In this document: one piece after another, positions 52,937 through 64,000 of the stretch
How the letters are laid out: every line of letters starts with the position of its first letter
How positions within the stretch are numbered: position 1 is the stretch's first letter
Assembly (NCBI GenBank): GCA_000004695.1
Contig: CM000151.3
Coordinates: 2,208,001-2,272,000 of the forward strand
Direction: 5' to 3'
Length of the DNA stretch: 64,000 bases
Source of the DNA: Dictyostelium discoideum
Taxonomy: Eukaryota
Notes under the pieces: model-generated
The model's input: only the letters and a program-made list of their open reading frames with translations
Databases searched by the model: none
What the model was told of the DNA's origin: nothing
Position numbers and translations under genes: made by a program

Positions 52937-53314
52937 ATGACAATCTTAGGTATGTTTTATTTTTGTAAAAAAAAATAAATAAAAAAATAAAATAAAAAAA
53001 AAATTTAATTATTAAATACTTATTTTAAAATTTACTATAATAACAATTATTAAATAGGTTCAATCTCATCAATTGGTAATGTTAAGTCAATTACAAAATC
53101 AAATAATTTATCATCATTATCAAATTCATCATCTTCTACACAATCAATGAATTCAATTCAATGTGGTGGTGGTTGTGGAAATGGAGGATTACTCGGTGGA
53201 GTTGGTGGTCTTGTTGGTGGTGTTCTTGTTGGTACTGGTGTAATCATTGGTTCTGTTTTACACGGAGTCGGTTCCATTTTAACTGGAGGTTCAAACAATT
53301 GTGGTTGTAATTAA
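52937..53314 (+). CDS. HssA/2C/7E-family protein, array copy F, 89 aa. It has 2 exons: 52937..52949 and 53058..53314.
   Basis: ATGACAATCTTAG|GTATGT, a 108-nt intron, and exon 2 encoding ...[51 protein letters not shown]. It is head-to-head with copy E. Confidence 0.75.
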
Positions 53315-53700
53315 AATTACAAACTTAAATTATAATTAAAATATTAAACCAACCAAAAATAAAACCCAATTTTTTAATTTGTAAAATAAAAAAAAAAAAA
53401 AATAGAATTATTTAATTATACTTTTTTTAAAATTATTTTTTAAATTTATTATTTTTCAAAGTTGTTCTTTATTTAAAAAATTAATAAGAGTTGTAACTTT
53501 AAATTACAAGTTTGTCTTTTAAATATAAAAAAAAAAAATCACAAAAAAAAAAAATTCCAAATTAAATTATCCCTGGATAAGAAAATTTAAATAATAATAA
53601 ATTTAAAAAAAAATAAAAAAATAAAAAAAATCATTCAATCAAAAAGATTAATCATAAAGAAAATGAATTTTTATCAAAAACCTCATTAATTACTCAAAAT

Positions 53701-53759
<59 letters not shown>

Positions 53760-53978
53760 TTATGCTTTTGAATAGAAATCTCCGTTTGGCTGTCCTCGAT
53801 ATGATTATAATCTTCCATCACTCTCGATTAATATATCAAATTATTGTTTTCAAAAGATAATAAATTAACTACATCAATAAAATATATTAACCCCTTTTTA
53901 AAAAGGGGGTCCAAAAAACAAAAACAAAAATTTATATTAAATTTTATATTTGCACACAAATAAAAATAACACAGCTGT

Positions 53979-54010
<32 letters not shown>

Positions 54011-54116
54011 CAGACCCTGTTTGATAACGTAGTGATAAATACTTTTTTATTTATTTATTTTTTTATTAATATTCCAAAACGAACAAACAAATAATACTAT
54101 TAAATAATATCAAAAA

Positions 54117-54432
54117 ATGACAATCTTAGGTATGCTTTATTTTTTGTAAAAAAAAAAAAAAAAAAAAAAATATTTAAATTATTTGTTTTTTAAAAATTTA
54201 ATAATAATTTTATATAGGTTTAATTTCATCAATTAGTAATGTTAAATCAATTTCGAAATCAAATAATTTATCATCATTATCAAATTCATTATCTTCTTTA
54301 CAATCAATGAATTCAATTGAACGCCGTGGCGGCATTAGCATTAGCAATCCAGGATTTCTCGGTGGAATTGGTCGTAACCCTGGTGGTATTCTTGTTGAAA
54401 CTTATGGAAGCTTGGAGGGGGTTCCATTTTAA
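54117..54432 (+). pseudogene. Divergent, frameshifted HssA/2C/7E-family copy G. Exon 1 is 54117..54129 and exon 2 is 54218..54432 (75 aa as read).
   Basis: Normal first exon and intron. Exon 2 keeps ...[30 protein letters not shown], but the Cys/Gly core is replaced ([37 protein letters not shown]). A 10-nt deficit relative to other copies puts the stop at 54430-54432, ahead of the family's C-terminus. It is either a pseudogene or a divergent Cys-free paralog. Confidence 0.45.
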
Positions 54433-55031
54433 CTGGAGGTTCAAACAATTGTGGTTGTAATTAAAATTACAAAAATTAAATTATAATTTAAATATTAAAC
54501 CAACCAAAAATAAATCCCAATTTTACAATTTGTAAATGAAATAAAAAAAGAGTAATCTTATCTAAATTTTTTTTTTCTAAAATTCAAATAATTATCTTTA
54601 AAATAAAATAAAAATGTAATAAATAAAAATAAAATAAAATAAAATAAAAATAGTATAAAATAAAAATAAAAAAAAAAAATAAAAATAAAATTAAAATAAA
54701 ATAAAAATAAAATAAAATAAAATAATATAAAAAGAATCAATGGTATGTGATAGTGGAGGTAAGTCAGTGCTGTTCTCACTAATGGTGAATTTATTAAAAT
54801 ATTTTTTGTTCAATCGTTGGTGCATTAACAAAATTATTTATATTCTATCTTTTAAACTAAAATTCAAATATTTAAAAATAAAAAATTAAAAATAAAAAAT
54901 TAAAAATAAAAATAAAAAAAATTCCTTTGCCTGAGGGAGGAGATTGATAATTAATTATTACTAATAATAATAATAATAATAATAAATCTTTATTTTTTGG
55001 AAAATGAAAAAAAAAAAAAAAATTGTGATGG

Positions 55032-55131
55032 NNNNNNNNNNNNNNNNNNNNNNNNNNNNNNNNNNNNNNNNNNNNNNNNNNNNNNNNNNNNNNNNNNNNN
55101 NNNNNNNNNNNNNNNNNNNNNNNNNNNNNNN
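55032..55131. other. Assembly gap (100 N)
   Basis: Run of exactly 100 n characters. The left edge of the gap lies inside sequence that is duplicated at +4002 bp. Confidence 0.99.
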
Positions 55132-57125
55132 TGATGTGTTGATGTCAAATGACTAGTAATCTATAAAAATCAAAGTCCGGTTCAAATTTAAAGTCATTTT
55201 AAAAATTTAAATATTTTTCGCTAAAAATTTAAAAAAAATCGATTTTTCAAAAATGGATCGGGGTTTTTATATTTAAAAATCATTCATAAGTAAATTGTTC
55301 CTATTTCCTATAAATTTTCTATAAATTTGAGAATGTTTAAAAACATATACGTTTTTAAATCCTACGAGTAATATTCCTTTTATTTTAATGAAAAGTTATC
55401 ACCTACGAAAAAACACCAAAAAACAGCGATTTTTTCAGAATTTTTTTAGGGGTCTATTTGACCCGCCAGACTACGCGCGTTGTTTCGAGGCTGTGTCAGT
55501 ACATCTGGAAAGCTTACTAGGAACCGTCGGTCGAGTGAACTAAATAGGAGTAATATTTATGAAAGTTACAGTGAAATTTTGCACTTTTTTACCCCCAAAA
55601 ATAGGGGGTACTTGAGAAAGTTTTTTGTAAACCAATTTTTTTTTTAACTTGCCATTTAAAAAGTAAGACATACAAAAGATAGCCCTCATTTTCAGCTATA
55701 TTATATCTAAAAATCATTGGAATAAAAAAATAGTACATATTTTTTTCGAATTTTTTTCGAACCTCCAAATTGAAATTTCTCACATTAATTTTTTTTTTTT
55801 TTATATGAAAAATTTTTTGGCGCCAAAATTTTAATAAGTTTTGATCGTGACCCCCTAGGCAAAAACGGAAAAATACATTAACATCGCCAAGAATATAACT
55901 AATTACAGTTACCTCACGGTCGACTCACCATAAAACCACTGTAATCTGTAAATGAGGATCCAATGTCATATTTTTACGAACTTCCGAGTTAAATAAAAAA
56001 TTGTGTTACTTGGTTGACTCTGCCGTGAGGTAACAGTAAGTGTAAAATTAAAATATCTATCTTTTAAAAAAACTTTGATTGATAAGGAACGACACCATTT
56101 AAATTTTTCGCTAAAATACACCAATTTTTGAATTTATTGGAAAATTTTCACTTTTCGTCCCCAGTCTTTATATTCACTATATGCACATAAGCTATTTGGT
56201 AAAATGTGTCAGAATATCTCTCATTGAGTCTAGTTGCTACTTTTATGGGTCTACATTCACTCAATTTCGTTAATTAAAATATCTATAAAGTTCCTTGAAA
56301 AATCCACGAAAAAACACTGTTTTTGGTGTGTCAACTTGGCGAATTTTTTAGGGGGTCCAGTACCCCCCTTTAAAATACGATCTTGTGTCAGATTATCCCA
56401 AATGCTCTGGAAAGCTTACTAGGAACCGTCGGTCGAGTGAACACGAGGGACTTTTTACTTAGCCTCCTTACACCAAAAAAAACTTGGGAAAAATGGTGAT
56501 TTTTCACTTACCACCCGCCAAAGATTCGATTGAATATTTAATAAAAAAAAATTGAGTGCAAAAAGCGAAATACAGAAGTTAGATACACGATAGATCATTA
56601 ACATACTCAAAAAGAATTAAATTTTAACGAGACGATTTACGCGCAGAATTTTTTTCGATTTTCCGAAAAAAAATTTCTCCATATAAAAAAATTTTTGAAA
56701 ATTTTTTAAAATTTTTTTTTCAGTAATTTTAATTTTTGGTACCTTAATGACCCCGTAGATAAACCGGATCAAGTGATTTCAACTTAGAATTTAATTCTAC
56801 GTCTACCATTACTCATTGGTCGAGTCACCGGTAAACCATAGATTTTTATTTTTCCTCAGATTCAGGCATCGATTCTCGTTGTTGACAAGCCTCAAAATTT
56901 ACTATATCTCAATATTAATTAAAATTAACAAATACAAAAAATAAAGCTCTTTTATATGTATATTGTGGAAGTGGCTATATTCGCTCAATTTTTTTTTATT
57001 AAATATTTTTCATTTTTGCCGGAAAAAAAAAAAAAAAAAAAATTTTCAACTTTCGTCCGAAGTTCCTAAATTTTTTTCTCACTTTAAAATTTAAAAATCC
57101 AATCATACAAAAACATCATAAAAGG
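55132..57125. mobile_element. GC-richer (about 33% GC), ORF-less insertion of about 2 kb built from two diverged tandem units of about 900 bp. It may be a non-autonomous transposon or retroelement UTR-module fragment, or a mis-joined repeat. It is unclassified.
   Basis: Its composition contrasts sharply with the flanking sequence, which is over 80% A+T. There are paired motifs 900 bp apart: CTGGAAAGCTTACTAGGAACCGTCGGTCGAGTGAAC at about 55505 and about 56405, TTTTTCGCTAAAA at about 55215 and about 56103, and CGGTCGACTCACCATAAAACCA / TGGTCGAGTCACCGGTAAACCA at about 55917 and about 56818. A 12-bp inverted repeat GTTACCTCACGG (55908-55919) / CCGTGAGGTAAC (56023-56034) brackets a hairpin-capable segment of about 100 bp. 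The right edge at 57125-57133 abuts a truncated HssA-family copy. The only ORFs are two short ones, of 62 and 64 aa. Confidence 0.4.
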
Positions 57126-57132
57126 GTGAGGA

Positions 57133-57314
57133 TGCTTCTTTACAATCAATGAATTCAATTCAATGTGGTGGTGGTTGTGGAAATGGAGGATTACTCGGTG
57201 GAGTTGGTGGTCTTGTTGGTGGTGTTCTTGTTGGTACTGGTGTAATCATTGGTTCTGTTTTACACGGAGTCGGTTCCATTTTAACTGGAGGTTCAAACAA
57301 TTGTGGTTGTAATT
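57133..57314 (+). pseudogene. 5'-truncated HssA/2C/7E-family copy H (3' 182 nt only)
   Basis: It is identical to the 3' part of copy F's exon 2, ...[16 protein letters not shown]...SNNCGCN*, and to F's downstream flank. Everything upstream of the codon equivalent to SSL(Q) is replaced by the GC-richer insertion. Confidence 0.7.
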
Positions 57315-57702
57315 AAAATTACAAACTTAAATTATAATTAAAATATTAAACCAACCAAAAATAAAACCCAATTTTTTAATTTGTAAAATAAAAAAAAAAA
57401 AAAATAGAATTATTTAATTATACTTTTTTTAAAATTATTTTTTAAATTTATTATTTTTCAAAGTTGTTCTTTATTTAAAAAATTAATAAGAGTTGTAACT
57501 TTAAATTACAAGTTTGTCTTTTAAATATAAAAAAAAAAAATCACAAAAAAAAAAAATTCCAAATTAAATTATCCCTGGATAAGAAAATTTAAATAATAAT
57601 AAATTTAAAAAAAAATAAAAAAATAAAAAAAATCATTCAATCAAAAAGATTAATCATAAAGAAAATGAATTTTTATCAAAAACCTCATTAATTACTCAAA
57701 AT

Positions 57703-57761
<59 letters not shown>

Positions 57762-57980
57762 TTATGCTTTTGAATAGAAATCTCCGTTTGGCTGTCCTCG
57801 ATATGATTATAATCTTCCATCACTCTCGATTAATATATCAAATTATTGTTTTCAAAAGATAATAAATTAACTACATCAATAAAATATATTAACCCCTTTT
57901 TAAAAAGGGGGTCCAAAAAACAAAAACAAAAATTTATATTAAATTTTATATTTGCACACAAATAAAAATAACACAGCTGT

Positions 57981-58012
<32 letters not shown>

Positions 58013-58118
58013 CAGACCCTGTTTGATAACGTAGTGATAAATACTTTTTTATTTATTTATTTTTTTATTAATATTCCAAAACGAACAAACAAATAATACT
58101 ATTAAATAATATCAAAAA

Positions 58119-58434
58119 ATGACAATCTTAGGTATGCTTTATTTTTTGTAAAAAAAAAAAAAAAAAAAAAAATATTTAAATTATTTGTTTTTTAAAAATT
58201 TAATAATAATTTTATATAGGTTTAATTTCATCAATTAGTAATGTTAAATCAATTTCGAAATCAAATAATTTATCATCATTATCAAATTCATTATCTTCTT
58301 TACAATCAATGAATTCAATTGAACGCCGTGGCGGCATTAGCATTAGCAATCCAGGATTTCTCGGTGGAATTGGTCGTAACCCTGGTGGTATTCTTGTTGA
58401 AACTTATGGAAGCTTGGAGGGGGTTCCATTTTAA
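58119..58434 (+). pseudogene. Divergent HssA/2C/7E-family copy I, a duplicate of copy G at +4002 bp
   Basis: 58119..58131 and 58220..58434 match 54117..54432 base for base as far as I can compare them. The ORF-track entries 54558..54779 and 58560..58781 are identical and share the same 4002 bp offset. Confidence 0.45.
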
Positions 58435-59354
58435 CTGGAGGTTCAAACAATTGTGGTTGTAATTAAAATTACAAAAATTAAATTATAATTTAAATATTAA
58501 ACCAACCAAAAATAAATCCCAATTTTACAATTTGTAAATGAAATAAAAAAAGAGTAATCTTATCTAAATTTTTTTTTTCTAAAATTCAAATAATTATCTT
58601 TAAAATAAAATAAAAATGTAATAAATAAAAATAAAATAAAATAAAATAAAAATAGTATAAAATAAAAATAAAAAAAAAAAATAAAAATAAAATTAAAATA
58701 AAATAAAAATAAAATAAAATAAAATAATATAAAAAGAATCAATGGTATGTGATAGTGGAGGTAAGTCAGTGCTGTTCTCACTAATGGTGAATTTATTAAA
58801 ATATTTTTTGTTCAATCGTTGGTGCATTAACAAAATTATTTATATTCTATCTTTTAAACTAAAATTCAAATATTTAAAAATAAAAAATTAAAAATAAAAA
58901 ATTAAAAATAAAAATAAAAAAAATTCATTTGCCTGAGGGAGGAGATTGATAATTAATTATTAATAATAATAATAATAATAATAATAAATCTTTATTTTTT
59001 GGAAAATGAAAAAAAAAAAAAAAATTGTGATGGTGCGAATTCGATAACAGAGAGCACAAAATGCTGATTTTTTTTTTTTTTTTTATTATTTATAAAATTT
59101 TAAAAATAAATCAACAATAATGTAATTTTAGTTTTATATCATTGGTGCGTTTTGGTGGGTCACATTTACAAAGAGTGGGTTCACAGAAAAAAAAAAAAAA
59201 AAAATTGGTTGCATAATTAATAGTTGATCATCAAATTGATTATTATAACAATACAATTTTTTCACCCACCAATAAATCATTTTCAAAAAAAAAATTATTT
59301 TTATCCAAACCAAATATAAAAAACAAACAAAAATAAAAATAAAAAAAAAAAAAT

Positions 59355-59386
<32 letters not shown>

Positions 59387-60087
59387 GAAATCGTTCAAGA
59401 AAAAAAAAAATTTTTAAAATTAAATTAATTTAAATAAAAAAAAATAAAAAAAAAATAAAAAAAGAAATTAGAAAAAAAGAAATTAGAAAAATTTTTAAAA
59501 AAAAAAAAAACTATTTGCTATTCTTATTCAAATTTAAAATAAATAAATAAATACACACGCAATATATCTTTTTTTGTGATTTTTTTATTACTATAATTTG
59601 TTTTGTTTTTTTTTTTTTTTCCAAACATTAAAAGGAGTTATAGTTGTTAGTGGTTTTCAACATATCAATCTTGTGTGTTTTTGGAAAATAAAACTATAAT
59701 TTGTAATTTACACTTTTTTTGGTTATTAAATTCTTAATAATTTTATTTATTTATTTTTTTTTTTAATAATTTTGTTTTAATAACACCACAATTTTTACCT
59801 AAATTTTTTTTTTTTTTTTTTTTTGTTTTCATTCACACCAACTCCTTATAACTTTTTTTATTTTTTTATTTTTTATTTTTTTTTTATTTTTTTTTTTTTT
59901 AAATAATTAAATTTTAGTGTGTAACATTTTTGTTTTTTTAATCTACCATCACACAATATAAATAATAATATCATAGATACAAAATATATATACACACATA
60001 TACACACACTCACACACTTTATTAAATAAAAAGTAATATAATTTTTCCAGTATAAATAAAAAAAAAAGAAAAAAAAAATAAAAGAGG

Positions 60088-62045
<1,958 letters not shown>

Positions 62046-62217
62046 GAATACTAAAAAAAAAAAAATATGTAACATCAACAACCACCTTCCTTTGTGTAAA
62101 TATATTATAGTAAACAAATAGAAAAAAAAAAAAGAGTTTTAATATAAAACCCAAATAAATTAGAATTTATTATTCTTTTTTTTTTTTTTTTATTTTTGAT
62201 AATACAATTTTAATTAA

Positions 62218-63786
62218 TTATTTATTATTTTTCTTTTTATTTGTACCTTCTTGAATATTTGTTAAGAAACCCTCAACACCTCTTTGAGAAGCAATTGATG
62301 GTTCATAACCTAAAAGAGAGACAATTTCAGGACCATGACCTTCATGAATTGCATAATCTAAGGTTTCAATTGATTGTAAAAATTGAGCAGAATGTAAAAC
62401 TTCATTAATCATATTCTCATCCTTTTGATATTCCTCTGGTAAATATTGAATTAAATCTTTTTTAATCTCTGGATTCTCTCTTAAGAATGGTATTAAATTC
62501 TCTGCTGTCAATATTTTACCCAATGTAATTTGTGGTTGTTTTGGTTGTGTTGGTAAATTTGAAAAAAGATCTTTAATAAAATCTAAATTGGTTGCTGATG
62601 GTGGTGGAGTTGTAGTTGGTTTTGGTTGACTTAGTGAAACTTCATTTATTGTTGGGTTTTTAGGTGGTTCTTGTTTTATTGTTGTTGTTGGTGGTGGTGT
62701 ATCAACTACCATTTCTTCATCATCATCATCATCTAAAAAAAGGAAAAGAAAAAGAAAAAGAAAAGTGCATTAAAAAAAAAAAAAAGAATAAAATAAAACC
62801 AAAAAAAAAAGATTCATTAGTACTTTCAATAATAAGAGTATAAAACAAATTAAAAGTTCTTGATTTTTTATATAAAAATAATAAAAGGTGGGTCTATTAA
62901 CATTATTTAGTTATATGATTTTTTATTTTTTTTTCCATTATTGTCACTGTTGTTCCATTTGTTTTCATCTTTATTATTACTATTTATAAATTTTGTTTTA
63001 TTTTTATTATTATTATTATTATTATTTTTATTTTATTTTATTTTATTTAATTTTTCACATATTTCATTTTATTTTATATTATTTACAAGTCTATTAAAAG
63101 AATATATTTATAAGTGTTGTAAGTATTTGAGTGCTATTATTATCGTTTATGTATATTCACACCTTCATAGAAACAAAAAATAATAAACAAAAAAAACAAA
63201 AAAAAAAAAATGTATATAAAAATAAAACACCAATAAATAAATTAATTAATTTAAAAAAAAAATTACCTGGAATATATGATTCAATAACTTTAAGTGCTTT
63301 TTCAATTTTAGCATCACCTTCTACATTTGCTTCTTGTAACCAATAGAATTCCTTTTGATCTGAACCTGAAAAGTTTAAGTAATACATTCTACCAGTTTTA
63401 CATGCAGGTACTTTGATAAATTTTGATTCACCTGGTGCAAAATAAAATTCATCTTCATATGCTGATGAATCTCTTGGTCTCCATTGAACACATGTTAATC
63501 CTTCTGGTGTCTATATATAAATTATTATTTAAATAAATAATTAAAAAATGTTAATAAATATGCATTTTATTTTATTATATTATTATATGTTATGTTATAT
63601 TATATTTTATTTATTTTATTTTATTTTATTTTATTGTATTATATTGTGTTGCTTTTTTTTTTTTTTTTTTTTTTCTCTTTAAAAAACATACAACACCAAA
63701 TTTTAAGTAACCCTTTCTTGAATCTGATGTTACTGTTGTACCTGTTAATTTAGCTTTACCAGCTTTAAATTCTACGTCTTGTGGTG
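62218..63786 (-). CDS. Proteasomal ubiquitin receptor Rpn13/ADRM1 homolog, about 287 aa. It has 3 exons: complement(63682..63786), complement(63267..63510) and complement(62218..62732).
   Basis: Exon 1 is ATGAATAGACCACCACAAGACGTAGAATTTAAAGCTGGTAAAGCTAAATTAACAGGTACAACAGTAACATCAGATTCAAGAAAGGGTTACTTAAAATTTGGTGTT, followed by a GTATGT donor. It encodes [36 protein letters not shown], the PRU domain N-terminus. Exon 2 encodes [66 protein letters not shown]..., which matches the human ADRM1 PRU pattern. Exon 3 encodes DDDDEE, a Pro/Thr-rich linker, and a C-terminal DEUBAD-like helical region ([29 protein letters not shown]). Intron 2 is 534 nt. Confidence 0.8.
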
Positions 63787-64000
63787 GTCTATTCATTTTT
63801 TAAAAATTTTATAATTTGGTGAGAAAAAAAATAAAAAAAAAAAAAGAAATTTTGATCTTCACAACAAATTTTTTTTTTTTTAATTTAAAAATTTTTATTT
63901 TTTTTTATTTTTATTTTTTTTTTTATTTATATTTTTTTTTTTTTTATTTTCCAATTTTTTTTTTTTTTTTTTTTTTTCTAATTTTGGAACTGACCAAAAT

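Noticed and set aside
55032-55131. The run of 100 N
   Set aside because: It is an assembly gap placeholder, not biological sequence. Its true length is unknown.

Overview
The sequence is about 78% A+T with short AT-rich GTAAGT/GTATGT/GTAAAT...AG introns, poly-Asn/Gln/Thr coding tracts and long homopolymer intergenic runs. That pattern, plus a CDK1 protein carrying the PSTALRE motif, places the window in the Dictyostelium discoideum nuclear genome. It is a gene-dense chromosomal region, not a prokaryotic island, so CRISPR and operon logic do not apply. I found no tRNA or rRNA genes.

I reconstructed about 25 protein-coding genes by hand-splicing the six-frame ORF track. Housekeeping genes include cdk1 (3 exons), seryl-tRNA synthetase (3 exons), an ALG2 mannosyltransferase, EMG1/NEP1, isocitrate lyase, IU-nucleoside hydrolase, a purple acid phosphatase, a cytochrome P450, an Rpn13/ADRM1 proteasome ubiquitin receptor and a PRL phosphatase. 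Other genes are two papain-family cysteine proteinases, a TANGO2 (NRDE) homolog, a WH1-less WASP-like protein, an alpha/beta hydrolase, a histone-fold protein, a C2-domain protein, a B-box/FNIP-repeat protein and two large surface glycoproteins.

The right third (47.9-59.0 kb) is an accessory-type region. It holds a tandem array of small Gly/Ser-rich HssA/2C/7E-family genes in head-to-head pairs on a roughly 1.95 kb period. The array includes pseudogenised and divergent copies. A near-identical duplication of at least 1.9 kb sits at a 4,002 bp offset, split by a 100-N assembly gap. Next to the gap is a roughly 2 kb GC-richer, ORF-less insertion made of tandem repeats that truncates one array copy.

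Other notable points are a cysteine-proteinase paralog whose catalytic Cys is replaced by Ser, a PRL phosphatase whose CaaX box lies in a 40-nt terminal micro-exon, and signal-peptide or first exons that the ORF track missed. All coordinates were derived by manual indexing and could be off by 1-2 nt at some splice sites.
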